NCBI GenBank assembly: GCA_002104905.1
Contig: MCFE01000176.1
Coordinates: 78,724 to 142,723 of the forward strand
Length of the DNA: 64,000 nt
DNA from: Basidiobolus meristosporus CBS 931.73
Lineage: Eukaryota > Fungi > Basidiobolomycota
Direction: 5' to 3'
Part shown: positions 36,678 to 49,932 of the stretch, piece after piece
Position numbering within the stretch: the first letter of the stretch is position 1
Layout: every line of letters starts with the position of its first letter
The notes under the pieces: model-generated
Told to the model about the DNA's origin: nothing
The model's input: only the letters and a program-made list of their open reading frames with translations
Database searches by the model: none
Translations under genes and position numbers: made by a program

Positions 36678-37840
36678 ATGGTACGTCCCTCTATGCTACA
36701 CTTTTTTGTGGGTCGAAACCACTCGACGGAAATCTCGTACAGACAATCCTATTTGACGCGTGATAGCTTTGTTATGGACGATGATTTGCTCCGGAGAGGG
36801 ATGGTCGCCAAACACGTATGCAGCCACTAATCACCCGCTTTCCTCCTCTAGTCGGTCTCAAAAGGCTCAAAGATGTTGAATCTCATCAACTATAGACTCC
36901 GGATCACCTTGTCCGACTCTCGAGTCTTGATAGGTCAGATGCTTGCTTTCGACAAACATATGAACTTGGTTTTAGCCGATTGCGAAGAGTTTCGTAAAAT
37001 CAAGATCAAGAGTGGCACCAAGGTTCCCCAAGGGCAACCCGATATGGAGGAGAAGAGAACTCTAGGTCTTGTTATTATCAGAGGCGAGATTGTTGTGAGC
37101 TTGAGCGTTGAAGGTCCACCACCACCTTCCGTCGATGATCAAAAGATTAGACTATCTCAGGTTAGCACCAGTGTACTATACTTTTCTCGTGTGTTGTTGA
37201 CATCCGTCTAACGCTAATGTTTCTTGTAAAGCTTGCTGCTGGCCCAGGCATTGGTAGACCTGCCGGTAGAGGTCTTCCGGTTGCGCCTCCTGGTATGGTG
37301 CCCATGGGTATGTATATTCAGTGTATCTAGCCTCTCGACCACAGCCATTAAAGTTGCTTCTTTGTAGGTCTTGGTGGACCCGTTCGCGGCGTTGGAGGCC
37401 CAGCCCCATCAATGATGATGCCTCGTGGACCCAATGCTCCCGCTGCTTCTGCTGCTCCTGTATCATATGGTCGCCCACCAATGCCCGGAGCTCCACCTGG
37501 CATGCCACCCAGACCTGGTATGCCCCCTGGTCCTCCAATGGGCTTCAGACCCGGTATGCCACCTGCCGGTATGCCTGGTGGACCACCACCCGGTTACAGA
37601 CCAGTTCCTCCTGGCATGAGACCACCTGCTGGTATGCCTGGAGCACCCCCCGGTTTCCCCGGACGTGGAGCACCACCACCAGGGTAAGCTACAATCCCGT
37701 CTTCCCCAACAGCCGATTTGCCAAGTTAACGCTTAACCCACTTTAGATTTGTTCCTGGCCAAGCACCACCACCAGGCTTCAGACCTGGACCACCACCCGG
37801 TGTTAGACCACCTGGCCCACCTCCAGGCCGTGGTCAATAG
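36678..37840 (+). CDS. SMB1: snRNP core protein SmB
   Basis: ATG|GTACGT micro-exon; Sm fold ([33 protein letters not shown]); Pro/Gly/Met-rich tail; 5 exons in frame. Confidence 0.93.
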
Positions 37841-38532
37841 TCATATGATGGCTTTATTTTTACAATGGCGTACACCCACCTCGATCGAATTTGTCACTAA
37901 TTCAATAGATGAAATATGTCTTATATGTATCATTCCTATATCAAATAAACCCACAATCTCTGCCAGCTATTTGAGTGATGCAGCGTCCATCTAGAGGGAC
38001 TGGGTTGAGCCGATTAGAACGCCCCACCTGAGGATGTTGCACAAACGATGGAATCTTCCCTGGTAGTAGATTGGCTTTCTATATCCTTTGCCTGGTAGTA
38101 GATTGGCTTTCTATAGCCTCGAAAACCAAGAATGTGGATATTTAAGTAACGGATTTGGTGAGGACGAGTGGTGCTACAATGATGCGTCAGGCAACACCTG
38201 GGCCTAATATGATGGCTGCTGAAGTGGTGCAATATACAGCCAACCCCTCAGTGCCCGAGGCCAGCCAATGAAATCCCAGGAATCACCAAAACAATCGAGG
38301 TCAGCATTTCTCATTTGTTTACATGCATATCAACTAACCGGAATTCGAGGGCTTTTAGGTTGTGAAGTGCCGGCCCCAGTGGTGCATCCCTCTCAACCAC
38401 CAGAACCTTGTTCGAAGGTGTTTCATACACTTTCCCCTTTGTCTAATAGTTTTTTGAACCTTCTCGTATACATAGCTTTTAAAACCGTCCTCGTTACCTT
38501 GATACCTTGGTCCATTCATTAGAGCTTCGGAA

Positions 38533-39306
38533 ATGGCCTATCTTCGGAGAAAACTAGTCATCGTTGGCGACGGCGCCTGTGGTAAAACCTGTCTTCTCAT
38601 GGTCTATGCCAAGAATGAATTCCCAGCTGTACGTAGCCCGGAGCCCGTCCATCAGCACATTGTCTGACTCCCTCTTGTTTCGTTACTGTAGACCTACGCC
38701 CCCACCGTTTTCGAGAATTACGTGGCTCGCGTGCAAGTCAACCGAAAGGTGATCGACCTATCGCTTTGGGATACTGCTGGTCAGGAGGAGTACGATCGCC
38801 TGCGCCCACTCTCTTACCCCGAGACCCACGTGGTGCTCCTGGCGTTTGGCATCGATAACCCCATTTCCTTGAGTAATATCGCCGAAAGGGTAGGTTCACT
38901 TGCGTACTTTGCTGCCGACTGGGCAAGAGATTAACGGCCGGTTTGGTTGTAGTGGCACCCGGAGATCGAGCACTTCTTGAAAAACGTCCCGTTCTTCTTG
39001 GTGGGCTGTAAGCAAGACCTTCGTCAAGACACGGCCACCATCAACAGTCTCGCTAGACGAGGTATGGCCCCGGTGACGTACCAAGAGGTAAGTTCGCCCG
39101 CTTAAACGCATCTTCGTCGTCCCCCTATTCAATTGGCAATTCTGGAACCGCAGGGAGAGACAATGGCCCGCCAAATCCAGGCACGTCAATACATGGAATG
39201 CTCGGCCAAGATCGGGTCGGGGGTCAACGAGGTCTTCGAGACCGCTGCGCGAGCCGCCATCAGCCTCGGAGCCAAAAAATCGGTGCGAAGCTGTGTCCTG
39301 CTGTAA
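38533..39306 (+). CDS. Rho-family small GTPase
   Basis: [42 protein letters not shown]; exons 38533-38628, 38692-38889, 38953-39087, 39154-39306. Confidence 0.95.
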
Positions 39307-39321
39307 ACGCACCAAACTTGA

Positions 39322-39510
39322 TTGTAGTCACCCACATGATTGATTGATTAGCTGTGTGCTGTTGTAGTCACCCACACGATTGATTGATTAGCTGTGTGTT
39401 GATATTGTAGTAACCAACATGATTGATTTAAGCCAACTGTAATCACACACCTGATTGATTCAAACCAACTGCGTAGACAACATTGTTTAAACCAATTGCG
39501 TAGATAACAC
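39322..39510. repeat. Degenerating ~40-bp tandem repeat downstream of the Rho gene
   Basis: Two near-identical 40-mers (39322-39361, 39362-39401) followed by progressively diverged shorter units. Confidence 0.8.
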
Positions 39511-39783
39511 TGTCCATTCATTTCAGATTTTGTTCATAATAAATCTCAGTTCCCCGTCAGCAACGTTCACGATGATCCCAGATTGAGCACCCACTCGCCC
39601 ACTACCACTAACCCACTAACCCACTCACCCGCCCATCCAGCATGAAAAAAAATTCGGATCCTGACCAACCCAAACATCGGTTACTCGGGACCAGCCGGTG
39701 GCCCCGCACACGAATAAATCTTTTGTTGGCCTCGGGAAAGACTCCTTCTTTCCCAACACGCAGACGTGGCAACTAGTTTGAAA

Positions 39784-40399
39784 ATGGTGAGTGGTTTTCG
39801 TTAGCAGCACGGTGGCCATCCAAATCCACTGGCCCATCGGATGCATCCATCTAACTTGGCTTTCTTAGGCTGCCGAAGCTACCCCTTCCACTAACCCCAT
39901 GCGCGAATTGCGTATCGAGAAACTTGTCCTCAACATTTGTGTCGGTGAATCTGGTGATAGACTTACCAGAGCCGCCAAGGTTTTGGAACAATTGACCGGA
40001 CAAACTCCCGTCTACTCCAAGGCTCGTTACACCGTCCGTTCCTTCAGCATCCGTCGTAACGAAAAGATCGCCGTCCACTGCACCGTCCGTGGCCCCAAGG
40101 CCGAGGAGATCTTGGAGCGTGGTTTGAAGGTCAAGGAATACGAATTGAAGAAGTCCAACTTCTCCGCCACCGGTAACTTCGGTTTCGGTATCCAAGAACA
40201 TATCGATTTGGGTATCAAGTACGATCCTTCCATCGGTATCTACGGTATGGACTTCTTCGTTGTCTTGGGTCGTCCTGGTTTCCGTGTTGCTCGCAGAAAG
40301 AGATGCCAATCCAAGGTCGGCTTCTCCCACCGTGTTACCAAGGAGGAGACCATGAAGTGGTTCAAGCAGAAGTACGATGGTATCATCTTGAACAAATAA
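39784..40399 (+). CDS. RPL11: 60S ribosomal protein L11 (uL5)
   Basis: ATG|GTGAGT, intron 39787-39868; [34 protein letters not shown]. Confidence 0.97.
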
Positions 40400-40522
40400 G
40401 CTGCTTCTTTATTCCTTTTATCGCATTCGTGAGCGTGATAAATAAAGGCTGTTCATAACAAATGCGAGCTTTATTCACAATTTTGGTGGAGATCTATAAG
40501 GATAATGATAATATAAATATTA

Positions 40523-43294
40523 CTAGCCGGCAATTTCCAAGGCAACGTTGATGCACATGCATGTCAGATAGATGGCCACCAGACAATATCCATACTGTCG
40601 TGTGAAGTGGTAGCCATTGCGAGGCAGATACAGCAGCGCTGTCAGTAGCGTCGCCAGTAGACCGCATCCGCAGACAAACACGGTGATGGATGGGTTGATG
40701 GGGTAGTCTTCGCCGGTGCTTGCAATGATGTAGGTGGCAGAGGCCCCGATTCCAATCAGAATATCTGGCAATTGATCAGTTGTCGTTTCGCGAGAAAATC
40801 ATCCCCAAATCACAACTTACTCAACATTGGACCGCCGTAACAGGCACTAACCGCCATCATCGGAAAGCCCATCTTGGCCATCGTGACGTTTGCTACAAAA
40901 TCTCCCAGACTGTTTCCCTGTGTCGTGCGTGTTAGTGGGCAGTGAGTATGGTGGGGTAAGTGGATCGACAGTTGTTATTACCATGGCGAAGATCGTCAAC
41001 CCGATAATGCTCTCGCTTAAACCAAGGATAAGTCCAAGGGCCTAAATGAGGATAAGTCAGCGAGGCTCGGAATTATGGACGCTACGTCTTATGTTACCTG
41101 GAGGAGGCCAACCACTTCGTTGGCAATCAAGTAAATCCACGCTAGCGCCGAGAGAAATCCCACATAGGACACCAGGTGATAGTGGGTGGGAATCTCGTAG
41201 GATTTGGTTAGTAGAAAGCAGCATCCGGCGAATACAGACCCGACAATAGGAGGGATCCACGCGAATCTAAAAGCTGGTGTGTCATCTGCCGCTTGATTAG
41301 CATCGGTGCAAGTTCAATTGTGGATGGAAATCTTACTGAAGAACACCACGAAAATAAACGTAGGACCGTGAAGAACTGAAGCACGGTCAACCACTTGACC
41401 CATGTATTGGTTTTGATCTCTTCCAAGTAAACGCTCTCGTTAATTGTCTCACCGTCCTCAGTGACTGGCGAGACATCAACCTCTGTCTGGTAAACCTCCT
41501 CGGCAACCGGCACGGTGCATTTCAGCAAAAACTGGATCGGCAGTGTGATCAGACCGGCAGCCTGTCCAAATCCTGATTTCTGTTTCCATTGTTGGATGCC
41601 AGGGAACAAAACGCGGGTAACATTCTTGGCTGACTGGACCACCTTGGAGTTGGTGTATGTTATGGTAGGAGATAGTAGAGGAGTGGACGTAGAAGATTCG
41701 GTTGGGGAAACTATCAACGCCTGCACATCCGAGGGTTGATAAAGGTCCGGGTCTCCGAATGACACTCTTCGCACTCTAGTCTCTCCTGAGTTGGGGCTAG
41801 GTAACGGCGAAAGAGGAAGTGGTGAATTGGTGACGGTGGTTGTGTCGGCCCCATCGGTATCGGAAGTAATGATGATGGAGAGCCCGTGGCTAGGCACCAC
41901 CGGAGCTTCCTCCCCGCTGTGCGAGCGTGTCTGGGGGTTTGAGGTTGATCTTCGCGAGAAGACAGAGTTGGTACGCGTCAGCGAGAAGCTAGATGAGCTA
42001 TTATAGGGATGAAGGTTTTGTACGACATCACGAAACTAGTAACAAAGTTAGTTTCATCGCATTAAAGCCAAACTCAGACTGGTTGAACTTACTTCAATGG
42101 CGCTTAATAACGATTTGCGCCGTCTTATGGGTGGAGCTGACTGTCCAAGGAATGGAATGTTGTGATCTTCATCTTGCTCGTCAGCTAGGAGTGGTTCCTC
42201 TTCATGGCTTCCTGAGGATCTGCCAACAGGGCCTGTTGGTAATGGTTAGGATTTGCGTCTACTTTGCAGTGCTGTGCTTCAAATACCTTCATTGTTATTC
42301 TCTAGTAAAAAGAATGGCTCATCGTCCCACTGAGCATATTCGGCACGCGCTTGCTGAACCAATGTCTTGTGCTGTTCTCCCCGTACCTCTACCCAATTCT
42401 TCCACACAACCACTGAGACATACACAGCGTAGTAGATGATCAGCCCTACACTTTCGAACAGGGTGACTTTTCCATCCCACAAACACGCCAATATAGCGAT
42501 GATTGCTCCGGTGAAGAAAAGGATATCGCGTAGAAATGCGGACGAAGAGACTCGGAACGGCTTCACAATTGCCATACTACCGACCACCACCGACGATATA
42601 AAAGCTGCTGCTCCAATGAGTTCGCCAAAAGCCAGACCACTGCTATTCGCCTTCAATGCGCTAAACGTGGTGAATACATCAGGCGCTCCGTTACCAAAAG
42701 CTAGAAAGGTGACTCCCGCCTCGAATGGAAAGGGATTTCAGCATACAGCTGGGGGAAAATCTAGCATGAAATCATAATTACCAGGTTCTCAGACAGGTTC
42801 AAGGTGGTGGCTATAGAGCTTAGATTCGGGCCTGTCATACAGGGAAGATGAGTGACATGCTTCCGATGCGATAACAACAGTATACACACAGAAATAATCG
42901 GAGGCAGCAGTCCCAACAAAAGCGAACAAAAACAGTAACCAAGTTGCCTAAAAATGTGTTCAGTTGCTCTGGTTCTTGTTGAAGTGTCGCACAAGTCTTA
43001 CCAAGAGGAAAAACGCAGCAAAGCCGAACGCTGGTTTAAAGCCACAGTAATAGAAATCCAAATAATTTAAAAGACTAGATTGTAAATCGGCACAGTTTTC
43101 TCGTACAAATGCGCAGCGATCCGCATGTTCGTAGATTTTCTCACACTGGCAACGGTGAAGTATGAGAAAAAGGTCACAAGTGATCCAAGTTGAGCAAGTA
43201 TTACCTCCTGGGTCTCTTCCAGAGCCTCGCAGGATATGAAAGGAACCATCGAAAAACATATTAGTATTAAAAATAAGGTAAACCGCCGGCTCAT
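40523..43294 (-). CDS. Na+/Ca2+ exchanger family protein (NCLX/Ecm27-like)
   Basis: Alpha-repeat motifs (GVTFLAFGNGAPDVF; GELIGAAAFISSVVVG; WGNSLGDFVAN); multi-exon; exact internal boundaries not all verified. Confidence 0.88.
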
Positions 43295-43807
43295 TTCAGT
43301 AAAGTTTGGTCAAGCGTAAAGTCGTCTACACTCTAATTTGTGACGACAAGTATTCACCAAATAGGTCAGTTGATAAGCAAGAATGCCAGAATGCCAAATT
43401 TTCTGATTAAGACGCCATGTAGCTAAAACAGTATGCAATCTGCACCTTATGCAACTTTGTGACTTGCTGGTGAGTCATCGCCATGTTGATGTCGAGTTAA
43501 GCCTTTCCCTAATTGGTTAAAGAGCGTTTACTACCACCAAAATCAATTTAATGAACAGTTCATGAATGCATGGGATGAACGAGGCTAGTTTGGTGAGCAT
43601 TTTATCGATGATGGTTTGAGGTTCGATGGTTCAATGGTTCGATGGTTTGATGTATATAAACGTCAATTTCGGAAATTCTCTTGCTTGGGTCTAAAATACG
43701 GGCTTAAATACATGTACACTAAGGTATTGGTTTGGGCCTGGTGGAGTTTGCCTAGCTAAGATCGAGATGATTGAGGGTGAAAAAGGTTCATAAATATACA
43801 AATGGTT

Positions 43808-46212
43808 CTACCATTCGTCAACTTCGCCATCCCCATCAGACCAGTATTCATCTCCAGAGATATGGGAAACCAGCGGGTTGTCGTCGTAGTCTTCCTCATA
43901 ATCATCCTGGATGTCCTGGGCCTTTTGCAGAGCGTTTGGTAAGGGCAGCGTCTCCTCCTCAACGATCTCTCTTATCACATCCTCCTTCGACTCTTCCTTG
44001 GAAAACTCCTCAACGACATGCGGCTGCGATAGTTTCTCTGCCTTGATCACCATTTCCTTATTGTCCGCGCTTCCGTTGTCTTCGAAGAGAGACTCTAAAA
44101 CGGCATAATTAATCTTCTTAGATACCTTCTTGGTATTAAGCATTTGCTTGGCAGCTTCGACGACCGTTTGAGCTGGTGTGGTAGGCTTGGTGGACTTCTT
44201 CCTCCGCTGGTGAATAGAATGGCACTCTCAGTATGCATCATCATGTTGAACACAAGGGAAGATCACTCACCTTTCGGTGGGTTTTGGTATTGATGCCAAG
44301 TTGTTGATTAAGTTCCTCTCGTTTGCGCTTGGCTAAGCAATCCACAATCATGTTAGGCTTTATCATACATCTTCAATCCCTGCGTTGGATATCACCTTCT
44401 AATTGCTCCAAGTATTCCTTGTTGTTCTCGGTCCAGACCTCAGTTTTTACCTTTACTTCCTCGTCATCCAGGATAACGTTCCGAATTTCATCGTCATCTA
44501 TATCCGACCAATTCTCCACTTCTTCATCAATATCCTTAACTTTTGGATAGAGGCGGTTAGTATTGCGGAAGATGGAAAGCAGTGAAGTCGATATGATGTT
44601 TACCATTCATATCTTTGGCGAGCCCCAGGAGTTGCTCGCCGTGAAGATACTCATTCATTTCAGCTGCAAGATTCTCTTCCTCGTTTTCCTCGGTCTCCGA
44701 TGAGTCTTGAGAGGCCTTCTCCTCCTTAGTCTGTGTACTTTGACTCTCAATCTTCAGCTTCTGCTCTTTTTCCTTCTCAGTCTCTTCATCCTCATCCGTA
44801 ACATCTTTATGCTTTTTACGCGCTCGTTTGAATGCTGGTGGATCGCAGGCTTCCTCTAGCCATAGATTTTGGAAATCAGAAACACTGAGGTTTCCAGAGG
44901 GCGTTTCTTTAAACTCGTCCAGTCTGAGGAATTCAGCTTTAGATGATTCGTCCTTTGGATAGCCTCCGTATGCATCAAAACCTACCGTTTTCTGAGGGTA
45001 ATCTCAGCGATTTTCACGACCTGAATGATTTCACGCTGAGTTCTACGGAAGTTGTGCATTCTGGCAGCGATTAGTAAACCTGTGTGAGCAACGCATCATT
45101 AATTTCTTGCGTTTCATGAAGCTTCGTATACAATCAAACATTTGATCACTTACAGGCTCCACAGATTCCGGCTGGTCTACGTCCTGTTTGAATCCAATCT
45201 CTGTCCATTCTTTGAACCAATCGCATAGCATCGGCAGCTACCGCATGGGTCTTGTCTCCAAACTCAAGCATAGCAGCAAAACGAGAAATATACAAACTCG
45301 GATCGACTAAGGGCAGGTTGAGGTGCAGTTCCCTCACCAACTTTAAGAAAGTACTTCCCAGAGTAAAGACATTAGTCTATCCAGATTCAAAAAGAATATA
45401 TCAATACACGAACAAGGATGAAGCGGATGATTTGATCGAAATATACCTGAAGAATATCCGAAAAGTCAATCAACATATGGCTGGTTTTCTCCATACGACA
45501 GACCACATAAAGACAAGCCGCCACTACGTTCTGAGTTTTTCTGCCTTGCAAGAAGTTGTTGGCAATGGCAAGGTTAAAATATCTTTGGGCGGCTTCCATA
45601 AATCTTTCCGACAGTCGAAGAGCAGTCGCGATGCTTTGGATTCTTTGACGACCTGAATTGCATAAAAGTCTTCTATTAGTTTACGCGCTGCTTAAAGGCA
45701 ATTTTGATATACTCCTGACCTTCAGCGATCGTTTTCTCTCGAGATTCTAGCGCATTCTGCCGACGATACGAGCCAATCGCAGCTCTACCTATTTCCAAGC
45801 AAATAAACACAAGTTAGCCCTCGAGAATTCCCTTTGAGGGACGAGAGAATGGCAAATGGGTAGATCATATATCGAGCAAAAAACAAACCTTTATCTGCGG
45901 CAACGTATGATCCTTGTAACACTGCAGCTCCGCTAGCTGATTCACCAAAAGTAACTTCAGAAACGATAGTATTTTCTTCAATAACCTAGTTCGTGTCAGA
46001 AGCCATTAGCGTCGTGTTTCGAGAAATTTTGATAGAAAAAAGAAAGAATCAGGTGGGATCCTGGAAACTGGGGGAATACCCCTTACTAGAAGCATGAAAA
46101 TAAAACACGACAAGTCCTAAACAACACTTACAGTACCGCAGTTGGTACACACGGAGTTACCCTGCGTTGAATCAAATTCAATGATGGACTCTCCACATTG
46201 CCGACAAGACAT
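43808..46212 (-). CDS. BRF1: TFIIIB subunit Brf1
   Basis: Zinc ribbon MSCRQCG..VCTNCG; cyclin folds ([13 protein letters not shown]; [11 protein letters not shown]); C-terminal SKKINY; multi-exon. Confidence 0.92.
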
Positions 46213-46684
46213 TCCGAAAGTAAGATATATCTATTAACGTCTAGAAAATTGTACAATAATTCCGTGGTGTTCTATTTTGGGGGAGATATGTGGTCAAGTA
46301 AAGTATCGATCCAACAAGCACTTGTGTTTATTTTTCTTTGAGGGTTTAACTTTCAAAGAGAACTGGACCTGGTTGGTTCAATTGGGGCCTATTTCCTTTC
46401 GTGGAGCAATTTTTAGTGAACCTTTTTTTTCCGTGTTGTATTTGGTTATCTTAAATCGCTTGGAAATGGGTGTGCTGGATATATGCTTGAATGCTGACTG
46501 CTTAAATATATGCATTTTACATAACTCTGCTCTTAATCTTATATTGGGCTCTAGTCATGACTTAAAATCACCACATAATAGCCTAGATTCAATCCATGCT
46601 AACAGCTATTGGTATGGTAGCTTCCATAAAGATTGGTGAAATGTTGAATTTTGCTATTAGCAACAGACGAGTGGTCAAGTTTTG

Positions 46685-47452
46685 ATGAAACCCCCAATGG
46701 AACATATTGTATCTTCATTATCAAACTCACTACTGAAATATGGACTAGATATTGTTCTTCCTTTCTCCGTAGCTAAATACAACGCTCTTGCTATTGAACA
46801 CAATTTCCAACCGCTACCACTTCCATCGAAGAACAACTCGTTGGCGATACTGATTGGTAACACGAAGTATCTTTGGCCGCATTTCCTACACCATTTGAGT
46901 GAAAAGCCGGAGAGCTTTTGGGAAAAAGAAAAAAATCCTCTTGACAGCTATGTTGTTACTTCAGTCGAGAATGCAGTTAGACAGTCGTTACCGGGGAAAC
47001 CAACGGAAACAAGGTTTTCTCACGTTTTTTCGGGGGAGAACTTTATTGCCATTCAACATGCTGGTCAATTGGCAGGATTGCAGTACGATCGCAGCCTGGG
47101 ATTTTGTCTTCATCCTACGTATGGTCCTTGGATAGGTCTACGCGCCGTCGTGATTGTAGGAGATGCCGAAGGCTACGAATGGGATTCCATTAGCACCAAC
47201 CAGGAATCTTTGATTCCACTAGAAACACTGAGCAAGCTAAAGCAAGAGATGGACCACCTTAGGGCTCAATACAAGCAGGATCATGAATGGTCTTGGGGAA
47301 AATATTGGCGCCAATGGATTGCCCTCAGAGATAAAGTCAGTGAAGCTTGCTTGGCTCAGCAATGGCGATATTGCGATGAACAAATCAGATACCACTATCT
47401 TAAAGATCGCATTTTTCTCAAGCAAGTTGTTCAAAACCAAAGCTCATGCTGA
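46685..47452 (+). CDS. MMACHC: Cobalamin-processing enzyme CblC (MMACHC-like)
   Basis: LAILIGNTKYLWPHF..NPLDSY and HPTYGPWIGLRAVV, matching the MMACHC HPx(F/Y)GxWxxxR motif; intronless. Confidence 0.8.
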   Translation: MKPPMEHIVSSLSNSLLKYGLDIVLPFSVAKYNALAIEHNFQPLPLPSKNNSLAILIGNTKYLWPHFLHHLSEKPESFWEKEKNPLDSYVVTSVENAVRQSLPGKPTETRFSHVFSGENFIAIQHAGQLAGLQYDRSLGFCLHPTYGPWIGLRAVVIVGDAEGYEWDSISTNQESLIPLETLSKLKQEMDHLRAQYKQDHEWSWGKYWRQWIALRDKVSEACLAQQWRYCDEQIRYHYLKDRIFLKQVVQNQSSC

Positions 47453-47694
47453 ACGAGCCTTCTTCGCGAGGTTTACACGTTACGCACATTGTATACACAT
47501 CAATGAATAAAGGGAATTTCCCACGAGAAATCCTCCCTCTGAAGCTGTATTACACGAATTAATCGAATAACTTGTATTATTTCTTCGATAATCTGTGATG
47601 GCTTGAATTGAGCTGGGAATTTTATTCTTCCTGCACATGATATTTGGACAGCTCCTTGAGATATATTCGAGGTTGATTATTCACTTTACCTATA

Positions 47695-48363
47695 ATGACT
47701 TCACAAGAACCATCCGCCACTCAGAACCGATTCGATCTCGAAGCCGAGCAATGGGACACCCTGCCAGGAATGAGAGAAATGTCAGAGAAGGCATTCCTTG
47801 CAATCAAAGCGGCGGTCCCGTTGAAGAGTTCCATGAAATGTTTGGAGTTTGGCTGCGGAACAGGGCTGGTTTCCTTTCAAATTGAACCTTATGTGAACAC
47901 TATATTGGGGATAGATTTCTCAGACAATATGGTGAAAGTCTACAACCGCAAAGCCAGAGAAAGCAAGGTCGAGGACCGTGTTCATGCTGTCCCTTTAATA
48001 CTAAGCAATACCGACCAGTTGAATGGAAGAAAGTTCGACCTCATCTTTTCCCATCTAACCTACCATCATGTTGAAGATTTTCACCAAATATCAAAGCTGT
48101 TGTATGAATACCTGGAGACTGACGGGTATTTGGTTGTCACGGATTTCGAGAAATTTGAGGACTCGGAATTATTCCATCCCAAAGCTAAACATTCCACGGT
48201 TGAGCACCATGGCATTCTCAGGGCCGAGCTCCTGTCTGCCCTCGGTGAGGCAGGGTTTAAAGAAGTCCAAGTGAACGTTCCATTTACCGTGGTACGGAAA
48301 GTGGAAGGACCGAAGGGCGAGGTGGAGTTTCCCTTCGTTTGTGGAGTCGGCAAGAAGCCATAG
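47695..48363 (+). CDS. Class I SAM-dependent methyltransferase
   Basis: LEFGCGTG, GIDFSDNM, FDLIFSHLTYHH motifs; intronless 222 aa. Confidence 0.9.
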   Translation: MTSQEPSATQNRFDLEAEQWDTLPGMREMSEKAFLAIKAAVPLKSSMKCLEFGCGTGLVSFQIEPYVNTILGIDFSDNMVKVYNRKARESKVEDRVHAVPLILSNTDQLNGRKFDLIFSHLTYHHVEDFHQISKLLYEYLETDGYLVVTDFEKFEDSELFHPKAKHSTVEHHGILRAELLSALGEAGFKEVQVNVPFTVVRKVEGPKGEVEFPFVCGVGKKP

Positions 48364-48436
48364 GGGAAATGATGTAAACAGAAACTCAATTTATTGTCAG
48401 GCGAAATTAAAATTACATGTAGAAAATTTGGTTTGA

Positions 48437-49460
48437 TTATTGGGCATTAGGGAGGATGGTATATTGGAACTCATTGCTTTGTTCGTAATCGTACATGTCC
48501 AAGGCGACAGCACAGGAATCAGCGACCACCTGCATGTAATCATTGCGATATTTTTTGAGAACTGGAAGGCACTCGGGAGTGGCGATAGAGCCTAAAGCTT
48601 CGGCTGCTTCGTGGCGAACCATAGGGGCTTCATTGGGGTCATCCAAAGCCTTGATCAGAGCTGGTGCACCAGCAGGGTTCTGCATTTGGCCAAGTACGAA
48701 GGCAACTTCGTGCTTGAACAGGGCGCTCTTGTCTTTGAAGCCTTCGCAAAGAACCTTGACCGCATCGTCAGTGCCTAGGTTACGTAGACCGAACATGGCG
48801 CGATAGCGCTCGAAGAGGGGAAGCTCTTCGTTGAGATAGCATTCCCGAAGCTCGTCAAGGGATCTGCTGACCTTTCCTGGGGCGGGGTCATTGGAGGTGT
48901 ACACGATATCCTTGGGAACGTTTTCTTTCAGGGCAGGATCGTTGTGGAACTTGATCTTAGCAATGGCGAGCTGACAGGTCTCGGCGACAGGGACGCAGGG
49001 GTCGTTATGGTATTTCTCCAAAACATCAAGGGCTGAGGTGTGTGAAAGGGCTCCCAATGCCTCGGCTGCTTCATGTCTGACCATAGGATCTTCCTCCAGG
49101 TTCTCCAAAATGTTGCAAAGCCCAGGAACGGCATAGATGTCACCCATCTGGCCAAGCACGTAGGCGAGCTCATGGCGGAGAAGAACCGACGGATCGATGA
49201 ATGCTAGAGAACGTTTAGAATGGCCATCTAGACAGCAAGTACATGCCTGGCTTACCTTTGAAAATAATGTCGATGCTCTGATGATCCTTCAGACTCTTAA
49301 GAGTGAAGAGAGCACGGAATTGCTGATGAAGTCCCACATTTCCGCTCTTGTTTAGGAGAGTCTCTTCGAGAATTCGGTATGTTTCGGGATTCTGCTTGGC
49401 TCTTTCGATAACAGAGCTGGTGTCAATGTCACCAATGGCTACGTGCTGCAGGTTACTCAT
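48437..49460 (-). CDS. DOHH: Deoxyhypusine hydroxylase
   Basis: Four HE motifs (RHELAY.LGQ, RHEAAEALG, KHEVAFVLGQ, RHEAAEALG); intron 49255-49204. Confidence 0.95.
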
Positions 49461-49932
49461 GGCAATGGCAAGGATGATCGATTAGTCTGTCTTGAGCACC
49501 TTTATATCCTTTCGTTAACCAAGGAAGCGCGGATCGAGACACTGCCCAGACACCATTGGTGGGTTCTCGATACAATCCGTTTGTCTAGATTTACCGTCGA
49601 TCGAGAAAAAAACCTTGACTAGAACAACTACCGCAGTGTCTCGGTATTGCCAGGTAGAGGGACCTCAATGTGTCAGTAATGCCAGGTAGAAGACAGAAAA
49701 AGCCAGATTTAAGCTTATTTACCAGACTCACTACCCTAAGCTTACCAAGATAGGAAGCATTTATTACTTGGAGTTGAGGGATAGAAGTACATTAAATATC
49801 GGAATCTAGGAGAAGCGAAGGAAAGGCTCGTGCGTAGGTAAAGAAAGGGTTGACATGATTAATCGATGAAGGCCAAAATTAGAAGAGATCTTCAGGTAAG
49901 TCGAGGAGGAGGAGTCAGGTTGAGGCGGGAAG

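Noticed and set aside
36681-36851. snoRNA or poison exon in the long first SmB intron
   Set aside because: No convincing C/D box pair; the alternative internal splice pattern would need a 36-nt intron.
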